Part shown: in pieces, positions 1-8,899 of the stretch | How positions within the stretch are numbered: position 1 is the stretch's first letter | How the letters are laid out: each line of letters starts with the position of its first letter | Assembly: GCA_938084645.1 (NCBI GenBank) | Contig: CALKEP010000051.1 | Location: 1 to 27,681, forward strand | Reading direction: 5' to 3' | From: an uncultured Phycisphaerales bacterium | Lineage (GTDB): Bacteria > Planctomycetota > Phycisphaerae > Phycisphaerales > SM1A02 | Length of the DNA stretch: 27,681 nucleotides | Made by a program: the position numbers and the translations under genes | Notes under the pieces: generated by a model | Database searches by the model: none | Seen by the model: only the letters and a program-made list of their open reading frames with translations | What the model was told of the DNA's origin: nothing

Positions 1-82
1 GGACCTGATGGCCAAGGTCCGCCAGCCCCTCGCAGAGATGACTGCCGATGAATCCGGCCGCCCCCGTGACGAGGATCCTCAT
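1..82 (-). CDS. NAD-dependent epimerase/dehydratase (extended SDR), 5' part only; runs off the left edge
   Basis: Not in the ORF track. My translation from ATG at 82 gives [27 protein letters not shown], the GxxGxxG Rossmann start of extended SDRs. GGAG lies 8 nt upstream. Confidence 0.85.
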   Translation of the reverse strand, partial: MRILVTGAAGFIGSHLCEGLADLGHQV

Positions 83-252
83 GTCGTCGCTCCATGATCA
101 TTCGTTACGGCTGCCGTCGTTTCCTCGGCACTCGTCAAACACCAGCGACACCTCGAAGCAGACCCGTGATCCTGCGGGGAACGGCGAAGCGGGCTGCTCC
201 ACGCGGCGACGATCGCGCCGCCGACGAGGATGAGGATCAGGAGACCACTCAT
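79..252 (-). CDS. 57-aa ORF with N-terminal hydrophobic helix (small membrane protein or truncated gene remnant)
   Basis: My translation: [61 protein letters not shown] overlap with the ybeY stop (249-252) and with the epimerase start (79-82). Below the ORF-track size cutoff. Confidence 0.45.
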   Translation of the reverse strand: MSGLLILILVGGAIVAAWSSPLRRSPQDHGSASRCRWCLTSAEETTAAVTNDHGATT

Positions 253-821
253 TCGGAGCCCCCTTCCACGCGATAGACCGGTCCCACACCGACTTCGGTC
301 AGGAGACGGTCCTCCTCCGCATGCATCCGGGCGTGGGCCTCCGGATCGTGATCGTCGTGCCCGACGGCGTGCAGCACGCCGTGCACCACGTAGAGAAGAA
401 GCTCGTGCATGACGTCGTGCTGGAACGAAGCGACTCGCCGGGACGCCTCGTCGAGACAGGCCAGGAGATCGATCTCGAGCCCGTCACCCGTCTCCGAAAC
501 GAACGTCAGCACGTCGGTGGGCCCGGACACGCGGCTGAAACGCTCGTGCGCGACCGACATCTCGGCGTCGTCGACGATCAGAACCGTGCACCGTTCGATT
601 CTCTTGTCCTGCTCGGCGGAGACGCGATGGATCACCGCCCCGGCCCGGTCGCGGATCCACGCCAGGTCGACGGTCTCCCCGCCGGACGCCGAACACCGGA
701 CCTCGACGATCGCCGCCGACGAATTCGCCGGGATCCCGCCAGGGGATCCCGGTTCCGGAGGGTCGGGTTCGGCGGCGGGCTCGGGCGCCGATCCGCCATC
801 GGTATCACCGTCGGCATGCAT
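249..821 (-). CDS. ybeY: rRNA maturation endoribonuclease YbeY
   Basis: PTDVLTF motif and three-His metal motif HGVLHAVGHDDH, followed by M..EE..LL. Pro/acidic low-complexity N-terminal extension. Confidence 0.92.
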   Translation of the reverse strand: MHADGDTDGGSAPEPAAEPDPPEPGSPGGIPANSSAAIVEVRCSASGGETVDLAWIRDRAGAVIHRVSAEQDKRIERCTVLIVDDAEMSVAHERFSRVSGPTDVLTFVSETGDGLEIDLLACLDEASRRVASFQHDVMHELLLYVVHGVLHAVGHDDHDPEAHARMHAEEDRLLTEVGVGPVYRVEGGSE

Positions 822-827
822 CGTCGT

Positions 828-2171
828 TCAAGCTCCCGCCGTGACCGTGACCGGAATGAACTGGGGCTTCACACGAGCCTCGAATTCCCCGCGGTACTTG
901 TTGACGATCGTGCGCACCGCCCAGTTGTTTCCGTCCGCGAGACCGCAGATCGTGGTTCCGGGCGTGAGCCCCATCGAACCGGCGACCTCGAGCAGCAGAT
1001 CCAGATCCTTCGTGGTCCCCGCGCCGCGTTCGATGCGGGTGAGAAGCTTCAGGATCCAGCCGGAACCTTCGCGGCACGGGGTGCACTGGCCGCACGATTC
1101 GTTCTTGAAGAAACGAGCGATGTTCCGGGCGACCGCCACCATGTCGGTGTCTTCATCGAAGACGGTGGGACACGCGGTGCCGAGTCCGAGGACGTCGAAA
1201 CGACCGATGTCGAAGTCCATCGGGGCGTCGAACTGGTCCGGGCCGAGCACGCCCATCGAGACGCCGCCGGCGATCGCCCCCTTGAACCGCTTGCCGTTTC
1301 GCATTCCCTGGCAGTGCTTCTCCACCAGTTCGCGGAGCGGGATGCCGAGATCGCACTCGTAGACGCCAGGTCGCTCGACGTGGCCTGACACGCCCATCAG
1401 CTTGGTGCCGTAGCTGGGCGGGCCACCGGTGGCGCTTTCGCAGCCGTGCCCCTTCCACCACTCGACCCCGTGTTCGATGATCGGAACCACCGCGGCCAGC
1501 GTCTCGACGTTGTTCACGATGGTCGGCCGACCGAACAGGCCCTTCACCGCCGGGAACGGCGGCTTGATCCGGGGCCAGCCGCGCTTGCCTTCGACCGCTT
1601 CAAGCAGTCCCGTCTCCTCGCCGCAGATGTAGGCGCCGGCACCGCGGTGGAGATGACAGTCCACCGCGAAGTCGGTCTTGCCCTTGAGCAGCCCCTGCTT
1701 GCCGAAGACGCCGTGTTCATAGGCTTCCTCGATCGCACGCTGCATCACCTTCGCCTGGTGGTGGTACTCGCCGCGGATGAAGAAGTACGCGGTGTCCAGC
1801 CGGCAGGCGTAGCAGGCGATCGCGATGCCTTCGAGCACGAGGTGCGGATCGAAGTCGCAGAGCAGGCGATCCTTGAAGGTCCCGGGCTCGGCTTCATCAC
1901 AGTTGACCGCGAGGTAACGCCGACCGCCGTCGGCCTCGGGGAGGAACGACCACTTCAGTCCCGCCGGGAACCCCGCGCCGCCGCGGCCGCGAAGCACGGC
2001 GCCCTTCACCTCCTCGACGATCTCCTCGGGCTTGCGATCGAGCGCCTTCTCGAGATTGGCGTAACCACCCGTGCGGACGAACTCCTCCAGACCGACGGTG
2101 CGGCGATCCTTGGGATCGCCCCAGGGGTGGGTGGGGATTCGCTTGGTGAGGACTGGCTCGTTCATGGGCAT
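828..2171 (-). CDS. nuoF: NADH-quinone oxidoreductase subunit F
   Basis: LRGRGGAGFPAGLKW, NCDEAEPGTFKDR, GAGAYICGEETGLL, PTIVNNVET, and N3 cluster ligands SCGQCTPCREG...TICGL. Start could be 2165. Confidence 0.96.
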   Translation of the reverse strand: MPMNEPVLTKRIPTHPWGDPKDRRTVGLEEFVRTGGYANLEKALDRKPEEIVEEVKGAVLRGRGGAGFPAGLKWSFLPEADGGRRYLAVNCDEAEPGTFKDRLLCDFDPHLVLEGIAIACYACRLDTAYFFIRGEYHHQAKVMQRAIEEAYEHGVFGKQGLLKGKTDFAVDCHLHRGAGAYICGEETGLLEAVEGKRGWPRIKPPFPAVKGLFGRPTIVNNVETLAAVVPIIEHGVEWWKGHGCESATGGPPSYGTKLMGVSGHVERPGVYECDLGIPLRELVEKHCQGMRNGKRFKGAIAGGVSMGVLGPDQFDAPMDFDIGRFDVLGLGTACPTVFDEDTDMVAVARNIARFFKNESCGQCTPCREGSGWILKLLTRIERGAGTTKDLDLLLEVAGSMGLTPGTTICGLADGNNWAVRTIVNKYRGEFEARVKPQFIPVTVTAGA

Positions 2172-2237
2172 TCCGGGGATCTCGAATTCGGGGCCTTGGT
2201 TCGCGTCGTGCTGGTTCGCGTCGTTCGGGGGATTCGT

Positions 2238-2492
2238 TCAGGAATCGGTTCTGGAGTCGGAGTTCGTCTCGTCCGGGGAATCGACCTCCGGCTTCGGCGG
2301 TCGGTCAGCGGGCATTTCAACCTCTTCGATCGTGGTTCGGCGGAGCACCACGTCACCTCGTCGTTCCGTCTCGACCTCGCGGCGGACCTCGGTGACCTTC
2401 GGCGCAGAAGGATCCGTCCGGATCCCCTTCGCGACGTGCCCGACGAACTCGCCGAGCGAACGCATGATCGACTTCGGTTCCTGACCGCTCAT
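2238..2492 (-). CDS. Hypothetical 84-aa protein between nuoE and nuoF
   Basis: ATG 6 nt after the nuoE stop, co-oriented, fills the gap. Amphipathic N-terminal helix SIMRSLGEFVGHVAKGIR, charged segment VVLRRTTIEEVE, acidic tail. Confidence 0.7.
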   Translation of the reverse strand: MSGQEPKSIMRSLGEFVGHVAKGIRTDPSAPKVTEVRREVETERRGDVVLRRTTIEEVEMPADRPPKPEVDSPDETNSDSRTDS

Positions 2493-2498
2493 TCGGGT

Positions 2499-3050
2499 TC
2501 AGTGCTCCGATCCGCCGTCACCGACCTGCCTCGCCTCGGCGATCAGGCGATCGATGGTGGGAATGTCGAGATTCTCATGGAGGGTCTCGTTGAACAGCGC
2601 CACCGGGGCGGTGTCGCAGGATCCCAGACACTCCATCGCCAGCAGCGAGAAGAGGCCGTCTTCCGTGGTCTCATGCGGGTCGATGCCGAGTTCGTCCCGG
2701 ACGTGGTCGAGCAGCGCCTGGTGGCCGCAGACCTCGCAGGCGATCGACTGGCAGATCCCGATGACGCACTTGCCGACGGGCTCGACCGTGTACTCCTCGT
2801 AGAAACTGACGGTGTCGAGAACCTCGGCGGGCGGGATCTGGAGAAAGGTCGCGAGCTCGATCATCGCCTGATAGGGAACGTGGCGATACTCGTGCTGGAC
2901 CTCGTGGAGGATCGGCATGAGCGCGCCGTGCCGGGTCTCGTAACGGGGAATGATCTCGGCGGTCCATCGAGCCTTCATGGCTTCGGTGCACCACGGCTCG
3001 TCTCGCCGCTCGATCTTGGCGTTTCCGGAATCTACGATCTTCCAGGACAT
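2499..3050 (-). CDS. nuoE: NADH-quinone oxidoreductase subunit E (2Fe-2S)
   Basis: ALMPILHEVQ, VSFY, Cys ligands CQSIAC and ECLGSC, APV...N...HENL. GAGG upstream. Confidence 0.94.
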   Translation of the reverse strand: MSWKIVDSGNAKIERRDEPWCTEAMKARWTAEIIPRYETRHGALMPILHEVQHEYRHVPYQAMIELATFLQIPPAEVLDTVSFYEEYTVEPVGKCVIGICQSIACEVCGHQALLDHVRDELGIDPHETTEDGLFSLLAMECLGSCDTAPVALFNETLHENLDIPTIDRLIAEARQVGDGGSEH

Positions 3051-3105
3051 CGATTGACCTCTTGCGACCCGACCGACGAACGGGCGGGGTTGGGGTTCGG
3101 TGCGA

Positions 3106-4395
3106 TCAGCGGTCCAGTTCGGCCGCGATGACGTTGAGGGATCCGAGCACGGCCACCACGTCGCTCACGAGGTGCCCCTCGATGAGCTTGGCGAACACCG
3201 AGTAGTTGACGAAGGAGGGCGGACGCGTCCGGACGCGGGTCGGATACTTCGTGCCGTTCGCGACGATGTAGTAGCCGAGCTCCCCGTTGGGACTCTCCAC
3301 GGCGCCGTACAGCTCGCCGATCGGGGCGTCGACGCCGCGATTGTGCATCAGCAGTTCGAAGAGCTGGATGGTCCCTTCGATGGACCCGTAGACCTCACCC
3401 TTCTCGGGGATGCGGGCCTTCGAGTCGGCGAGGGTGTCGATGGGCCCGGACGGAATGTCATCGATGAGCTGCTCGATGATCCGCACGGACTGTCGGAGCT
3501 CCTCGAGCCGGACCAGGTAGCGGGAGAAGGAGTCGCCGTCGGTCGAGATCGGCACGTCGAACTTCACCGCTTCCGCACCGCGGCCGTCCCAGTTGTCGGC
3601 GTAGCACAGGTACGGATCCGACTTGCGGATGTCCCGGGTCAGGCCGCTCGCGCGGCCCACGGGGCCGGAGAGGCTCCATGCCATCGCGTCCTCGCGACTG
3701 ATGGTTCCGACGCCCCGGAGCCGGTCGTTGAAGATCCGGTTCCGGTTCAGGCACGCTTCGAGATCACGCTGCGCATTGGGGAGGCGGGTGTGGATGAACT
3801 CCTTGACCATCCGCTTGAACACCTCGTCATCGTCGATGTCCCGCCACGCCCCGCCGAGCCGGGTCCAATCGGGATGGAACCGCTGCCCGGAGAGGTATTC
3901 GACGATGTCGTAGATGAATTCCCGCTCGTTGAACCCGTAGAGGAAGCCGGTGAAGGCCCCGAGGTCGAGCGCCGCCGCACCGATGGACAGGAGGTGATCC
4001 TGGATCCGGGCGAGCTCCGCCATGATCGTCCGCACGACCTTGCATCGCGGCGTCACGTCGATGTCGAAGAGCTGCTCGCAGACCGTGTGCCACGCGATGT
4101 CGTTGCCGATCGGGGACACGTAGTTCATCCGGCTCACGGTGCACACGTACTGGTTGTAGTCGTGATGCTCGCCCAGCTTCTCGAAGCCGGAATGGAGGTA
4201 GCCGATGTGGGGCGTGCAGCGTGCCACCCGCTCGCCGTCGAGCTCCAGCACCAGTCGGAGCGTGGTGTGGGTCGCCGGGTGCTGCGGACCGAAGTTCAGG
4301 ACCCACCGGTCGGGGGCCTGGACGTGGTCCTTCAGGTAGTCGGTGTTCTCGATGTCGAGGCCGTAGACCTCGTCAGGTTTCATCGTGTAGGGCAT
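3106..4395 (-). CDS. nuoD: NADH-quinone oxidoreductase subunit D
   Basis: LNFGPQHPATHTTLRL, IGYLHSGFEK, RMNYVS, ESPNGELG, RPPSF, C-terminal ELDR. Start moved to ATG 4395 (MPYTM); the ORF-track extension to 4569 overlaps the likely promoter. Confidence 0.95.
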   Translation of the reverse strand: MPYTMKPDEVYGLDIENTDYLKDHVQAPDRWVLNFGPQHPATHTTLRLVLELDGERVARCTPHIGYLHSGFEKLGEHHDYNQYVCTVSRMNYVSPIGNDIAWHTVCEQLFDIDVTPRCKVVRTIMAELARIQDHLLSIGAAALDLGAFTGFLYGFNEREFIYDIVEYLSGQRFHPDWTRLGGAWRDIDDDEVFKRMVKEFIHTRLPNAQRDLEACLNRNRIFNDRLRGVGTISREDAMAWSLSGPVGRASGLTRDIRKSDPYLCYADNWDGRGAEAVKFDVPISTDGDSFSRYLVRLEELRQSVRIIEQLIDDIPSGPIDTLADSKARIPEKGEVYGSIEGTIQLFELLMHNRGVDAPIGELYGAVESPNGELGYYIVANGTKYPTRVRTRPPSFVNYSVFAKLIEGHLVSDVVAVLGSLNVIAAELDR

Positions 4396-4457
4396 GGATC
4401 GGGCCCGAAGGAGACGGACCGCGCTCGGCGATCCGGAAAAGGGTGTGACGTGGCATG

Positions 4458-4463
4458 AGTATA
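4458..4463 (-). promoter_or_regulatory. Putative sigma70-type -10 box TATACT for the nuoD cluster
   Basis: Near-consensus hexamer about 60 nt upstream of the nuoD start in TA-poor DNA; no clear -35. Confidence 0.5.
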
Positions 4464-4565
4464 GATGCGAGCGGGGGTTCGAGACGGGGTTTGAGGGCCA
4501 TTCCGACCCCCCGAACGCCCTTTTCCGAGCGTCGCGAGCCGCCGGCCGAACCGGACCACCTGAAA

Positions 4566-6362
4566 TCACGCGCGGAACACCGCCCCGAGCTTCTTTCCGA
4601 GGAGCAGGCTGGCCCCCGCGAGGGTGCAGGCGAGGAGCAACATGGCCCAGGTTCCCATCGCCGATGCGATTCCCGGACCGTCTCCAAGGCGTTCGAAGAG
4701 GACGTAGATCGCCTTGGTGATCGGATAGTCCGCCTCTCGCTGGGCGAGGATCAGGCTGTCGCTGACCTCAAGCATCGAGAAGCTGAAGGCGAGCAGCGCC
4801 CCCGCCACCAGGTTGGCCGCCACCAGCGGGAGGACCACGCGGCGAAGAACGGTCAATCGTCCGGCACCGAGCCCGCGCGCGGCCTCTTCGAGATCGACCG
4901 GGGTCTGTTCGAGACCTGCGACCGTGGATCGGACCACGTAGGGAAGTCGCCGCACCGCGTAGGCCACGATCAGGAGGGGGATCGGATTGGGGTTCGCACC
5001 GAGGATGTCCGCCGCCCAGCGAAGCGGGCCGTCATCGAGGGACGCGAGCGTCGATGCGGGCAGAATCGGCCCCAGCACGGCGGCGATCCAACCCGGCATC
5101 GCCCCCTGGAACGGCCACTCGAGGGTCATGGCGACGTATCCGAACGCCATCACCAGGCCCGGCACCGCGAGCGGAAGCATGCACAGGGCGTCGAGCAGGC
5201 CTCGGCCCCGAAGCGTGGTCCGCACGATGACCCGGGCGGCGATGACGCCGACCACCAGATCGAGCAGCACCGCGATCGACGCGAGGAAGAGGCTGATCCG
5301 AATGGACCCGAGCGCCAGTGGATGGGTCAGGGCCTCGGCGTAGTTGTGGAGCGTGAACGCCCGGGGAAGGATCGACTGGTACCACTGGCCTTCGACGGAG
5401 AGGCTCGCGAGGATCACGCCGACGTGCGGCATCGAGGCGATGCCGATCACGGTGCCGAAGAGCAGTGCGGCGAGGATGCCCGCCACCGGGCCGAGCCGAG
5501 CCGAGGAATCGGCCCGCGACGCCTTGGCGCTCGCGGCGACGCCCTTGACGCCCGGCAGCACCCGGCCGAGCACGTAGAAGAGCGTCGCGGTCGACAACAT
5601 CACCACGGTCAGCGCGAACGGCTCGGCACTGGTCTCCATCTGCTTGAGCCCGTCGAAGATCTGGACGGGCGTGACCTGCCGGAACTCGAACATCAACGGC
5701 GTTCCGAGTTCGGTGAAACTCCAGATGAAGGTGATCGTGCAACCCGCGAACAACCCCGGCCGGACGAGCGGAAGCGTGATCCGCCGGAAACGGGTCCAGG
5801 CGGACGCACCGGCATCCCGGCCGGCCTCGTCGAGGGCCGGATCGAGATTCGAAAGGGCCGCGAGCAGGTTGAGGTAGATGATCGGGTAGAGGTGGAGCGC
5901 CTCGACGATGATCACCCCGAACAATCCGCCGTCACCGAGGACGTCGATCGGCGCGTCGATCAGCCCCAGATCGGTGAGCAGCGCGTTCAGCGAACCGGAT
6001 CGCCCGAGCAGGTGGCGAACGCCGATCGCCCCGACGAACGGCGGCAGGATCAGCGGAATCAGCACGAGGGCGCCGAACAGCGCCTTCCCCGGGAACTCGT
6101 GACGGGCTCCGACCATCGCCAGCGGCATCGAGATCAGGATCGAGAGGATCGTCGTCGCGGTGGCGATCAGGAGCGCGTTGAACAGGCCCCAGCGGAGATT
6201 CTCGTCACGGAAGACGTCCAGCACGTGGTAGAAGGTGTAGCCACCGTCGACCGAGGTGAAACCACCCCGGACGGTGAGCCAGATCGGGTAGACCAGCACG
6301 ATCCCGAGCAGTCCGATGAGCCCGTAGAGGGAGATGTACTTGCCGAGGGAGTTCGAACGCAT
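4566..6362 (-). CDS. ABC importer permease, FbpB/ThiP-like (two fused permease domains)
   Basis: Many TM helices; two EAA loops (LDEAGRDAGASAWTRFRRITLP, LEEAARGLGAGRLTVLRRVVLP); LILPPFVGA and LPLAVPGLV. Substrate (Fe3+ or other) is uncertain. Confidence 0.88.
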   Translation of the reverse strand: MRSNSLGKYISLYGLIGLLGIVLVYPIWLTVRGGFTSVDGGYTFYHVLDVFRDENLRWGLFNALLIATATTILSILISMPLAMVGARHEFPGKALFGALVLIPLILPPFVGAIGVRHLLGRSGSLNALLTDLGLIDAPIDVLGDGGLFGVIIVEALHLYPIIYLNLLAALSNLDPALDEAGRDAGASAWTRFRRITLPLVRPGLFAGCTITFIWSFTELGTPLMFEFRQVTPVQIFDGLKQMETSAEPFALTVVMLSTATLFYVLGRVLPGVKGVAASAKASRADSSARLGPVAGILAALLFGTVIGIASMPHVGVILASLSVEGQWYQSILPRAFTLHNYAEALTHPLALGSIRISLFLASIAVLLDLVVGVIAARVIVRTTLRGRGLLDALCMLPLAVPGLVMAFGYVAMTLEWPFQGAMPGWIAAVLGPILPASTLASLDDGPLRWAADILGANPNPIPLLIVAYAVRRLPYVVRSTVAGLEQTPVDLEEAARGLGAGRLTVLRRVVLPLVAANLVAGALLAFSFSMLEVSDSLILAQREADYPITKAIYVLFERLGDGPGIASAMGTWAMLLLACTLAGASLLLGKKLGAVFRA

Positions 6363-6371
6363 GCTCCGCGG

Positions 6372-6377
6372 AGTCTA
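6372..6377 (-). promoter_or_regulatory. Putative -10 box TAGACT, 9 nt before the permease ATG
   Basis: TANNNT hexamer; no properly spaced Shine-Dalgarno. Confidence 0.4.
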
Positions 6378-6415
6378 CGCGGATTCGCGACGCGCTTGCG
6401 GAGCGATGGACCGGC

Positions 6416-7960
6416 TCACCCCGTCCAGAGGGCGAGCAGGGCGCCGATATCGCCGCCCCCGACCGATCCGTCGCCGTCGATGTCCGCCTCGGGATCGGTG
6501 GTCCCCCATCGCGAGAGCAGCACGCCGAAGTCGGCTCCATCGACCCGACCGTCGTGGTTGAGATCGCCCGGTCCGAACGCCGCCGGCGACGGAATCCACC
6601 AGGCGATCACCGCCCGCGTCGAGACCGAATTCCCGTCCACCCGGCTCAACCGGACCGCGTAGTCCCCGGGTGCGAGCCCGCGAACGTGGATCAGTTCGAC
6701 GTTGTCGACGGCGCTGTTGCTTCGAACGTTGCCGCTGGCGAAGACCCCTGCATCGCTCCCCACCATCGACTCGGGGACCCCGTCCACGATCCGAAGCAGT
6801 TCGAGATCGAGATTCGGATGCGTGGCGGTCGCGAAGTTCGAGGCGACGATCCGATTCCAGGTGACGAGGATTCCGATCTCCTCCGCGACCTCGTCGATCG
6901 AGAACCGGTGCCAGAGCACCTCGCCGTTCGACATCGACTCGAAGTCCCAACCCGGGCCGGACATCGTCACCACGGGGTTGTTGTCGGCGGCACCGGGCTG
7001 CTCGAGGCCCGTGTAGATCGCGTGGGCCCGGTCGATGTCGACGAGTCCCGCGCCGTAGACCTCGTCGATCGGCCTCGAAGTCGATCCGCGCTGCGGGCCC
7101 TTCGACGCCGGAGCGTTGGTCCAGTCCTCGTTCCGGGACGCCCCCGCCAGCAACACCGCCTTGATCACCTGGGGGAGATCGGCGATCGAATTCCCCGAGA
7201 GTTCCGGCGTCACGTCGTGCGTCTCGTAGAGGAGTGCGGCGCAACCCGCGACGACCGGGGTCGCGAAACTCGTGAAGTCCCCGGGCGCCACGAGCTCGGG
7301 CTTCATCCGCCCCTGCTGTTCCGTGCCGGGGCCGGTGTCGGATTCGGCATGGTCACCATCGGCCCTGCCCACCGAGATCCCGTGATGCATGCCCGCGAGG
7401 AGCGGCGGCGAGGCGCTGCCGGCGCCGTTGTTGACACCCACCACCCACAACGTCTTGAAGGTGTTCGCGGCGAAGTCCGCACGCCGCAGGAGGTTGATGT
7501 CGGCCGACGTCCCGCCGCTCGCGATCCAGCTGTGGTTGAAGATCCTCGCCCCACCCGGGGGGTTGTCCGGAAGCGAACTCGAACCGTACCGGAGATGCCC
7601 CGAGCCGATGAAGTCGTTGACCTCGAACAGATTGACCGTGGGAATCCCCGGCGCGACTCCATCTTCGTTTCCGTACAACGCGAAGCCCACCCTCGACGCA
7701 TGCACGCTCGACGCCGTGGATCCGCTCCGTTCGATGAAGTCGATCCCGTTGAATCTCGGATCCCCCTGGTTCGGGGAGTAGCCGGGGTCCAGTGCCTCCG
7801 TCTGCACGACGACCACGCCGGCGCCGGTCGGCAGATCCTCGCCGAGCCTCGCGGCGAGGTCGAAGTACCCGATGTCCTCGAGCACGTCGGCAGCGAGCAA
7901 CGGGGTCGCCGAAGCCACGACGGCGGCGACGGCGAAGGGGCGGATGCGGCGGATCTTCAT
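6416..7960 (-). CDS. Secreted S8 (subtilase)-like protein with C-terminal tandem dockerin-like repeats
   Basis: Signal peptide [29 protein letters not shown] (His), [32 protein letters not shown] (Ser), [17 protein letters not shown]-terminal [13 protein letters not shown] and [13 protein letters not shown]. Confidence 0.82.
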   Translation of the reverse strand: MKIRRIRPFAVAAVVASATPLLAADVLEDIGYFDLAARLGEDLPTGAGVVVVQTEALDPGYSPNQGDPRFNGIDFIERSGSTASSVHASRVGFALYGNEDGVAPGIPTVNLFEVNDFIGSGHLRYGSSSLPDNPPGGARIFNHSWIASGGTSADINLLRRADFAANTFKTLWVVGVNNGAGSASPPLLAGMHHGISVGRADGDHAESDTGPGTEQQGRMKPELVAPGDFTSFATPVVAGCAALLYETHDVTPELSGNSIADLPQVIKAVLLAGASRNEDWTNAPASKGPQRGSTSRPIDEVYGAGLVDIDRAHAIYTGLEQPGAADNNPVVTMSGPGWDFESMSNGEVLWHRFSIDEVAEEIGILVTWNRIVASNFATATHPNLDLELLRIVDGVPESMVGSDAGVFASGNVRSNSAVDNVELIHVRGLAPGDYAVRLSRVDGNSVSTRAVIAWWIPSPAAFGPGDLNHDGRVDGADFGVLLSRWGTTDPEADIDGDGSVGGGDIGALLALWTG

Positions 7961-8107
7961 GACGGGTGGACTCCGGAGGATCGGACGACCGGGGGACGTC
8001 CTCAACTCTAGCCCTCGAACGACCGCGATCCACTCCTCGGTCCGGAAACCCGACCGAAGTGGCGGCGTCGTTCGACCTGGTCGGTTTTCGCGGGCGATCG
8101 CCGCGGC

Positions 8108-8878
8108 TCAGTCCCCCGCGGCGTCGCGACGAACCAGCAGTTCCACCCGGGCGTCTTCACCGCTGCGGGTGTCGAGACCGAGTTGAGCCCGTCGGGGCTC
8201 GCTGGTTCCGCTGATCTGGACCCGGATCCGACTCGCCGGAATACCGGCCGCCTCGAGGCGTTCGACGACGATGCTCGCCCTCGCCCAGGCGATCTGCCGG
8301 CCTTCGCCCGGGCGATTGAACGCTTCGGGTTCCGACGCATGCCCACGGACCTCGATGATGTTGCGACGCCCCGCCTGGGAGGCCGCGAACTCCTTGATGA
8401 TCGAATCCGACTGCGGCGACATGGTCAACGACTTGAAACCGAACGGGACGTCGGTGCCCTCGCCGAAGTAGTCGATGTCGCGCGGGGAACGGACATCCCG
8501 CTCGCGACCCCTGACCCCGGCGGTGTTCGCTTCCCCGGCGCCTCGCTTGCGAATCGCCTCGAGGACGCGTGCATCCTTCGGATCGTCGGGATCGAGCGGA
8601 TTGTGGAAAGCCCGACGGACCGCCTCGATGAGTTCGGGATCGATGTCCTGGACCTCCATCGCGGCGCCTTCGGACTCCTCGCCTCCGCCACCGGCGTTTC
8701 CGCCCTTGGGCTGCACGTTCAGCGCGAAGAGGATCACGAAGAAGCCCATCAGCAGCATGACCATGTCGGCGAAGGAGATCAGCCACTCGGGGGCCCCGGC
8801 CTCCTCCTCCTCCTCGTGGCCTCCACCGCCGTGACCGCCGACGTGCCCGCCTGAATGCTTTTCGTGTTCGTCGGACAT
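8108..8878 (-). CDS. motB: MotB-family stator protein with OmpA-like C-terminal domain
   Basis: TM WLISFADMVMLLMGFFVILFA with the essential Asp; OmpA-like IEVRGHAS...ARASIV...GIPASRI...RVELLV; directly downstream of motA. Confidence 0.88.
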   Translation of the reverse strand: MSDEHEKHSGGHVGGHGGGGHEEEEEAGAPEWLISFADMVMLLMGFFVILFALNVQPKGGNAGGGGEESEGAAMEVQDIDPELIEAVRRAFHNPLDPDDPKDARVLEAIRKRGAGEANTAGVRGRERDVRSPRDIDYFGEGTDVPFGFKSLTMSPQSDSIIKEFAASQAGRRNIIEVRGHASEPEAFNRPGEGRQIAWARASIVVERLEAAGIPASRIRVQISGTSEPRRAQLGLDTRSGEDARVELLVRRDAAGD

Positions 8879-8899
8879 CTGATTTCCGTTCCCCGTCGA

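Noticed and set aside
828..4395. NAD-linked hydrogenase (HoxEF/HoxH) interpretation
   Set aside because: The large subunit lacks NiFe-binding CxxC motifs and has the NuoD GPQHP and terminal DR signatures.
4443..4460. TGTGA half-site upstream of nuoD as a CRP/FNR box
   Set aside because: The second half-site (TCACA at 6-nt spacing) is absent.
4396..4569. N-terminal extension of NuoD in the ORF track, and similar extensions at 12630-12911, 15896-16063, 23649-24209 and 26117-26380
   Set aside because: They run through promoter regions or neighbouring genes; downstream ATGs fit RBS, ATGA coupling or family N-termini better.
321..8011. Long plus-strand ORFs (321-1388, 1446-3131, 3100-4458, 4455-6662, 6554-8011)
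   Set aside because: Antisense shadows of well-supported minus-strand genes; Arg/His/Gly-rich, no motifs, expected with high-GC codon bias.
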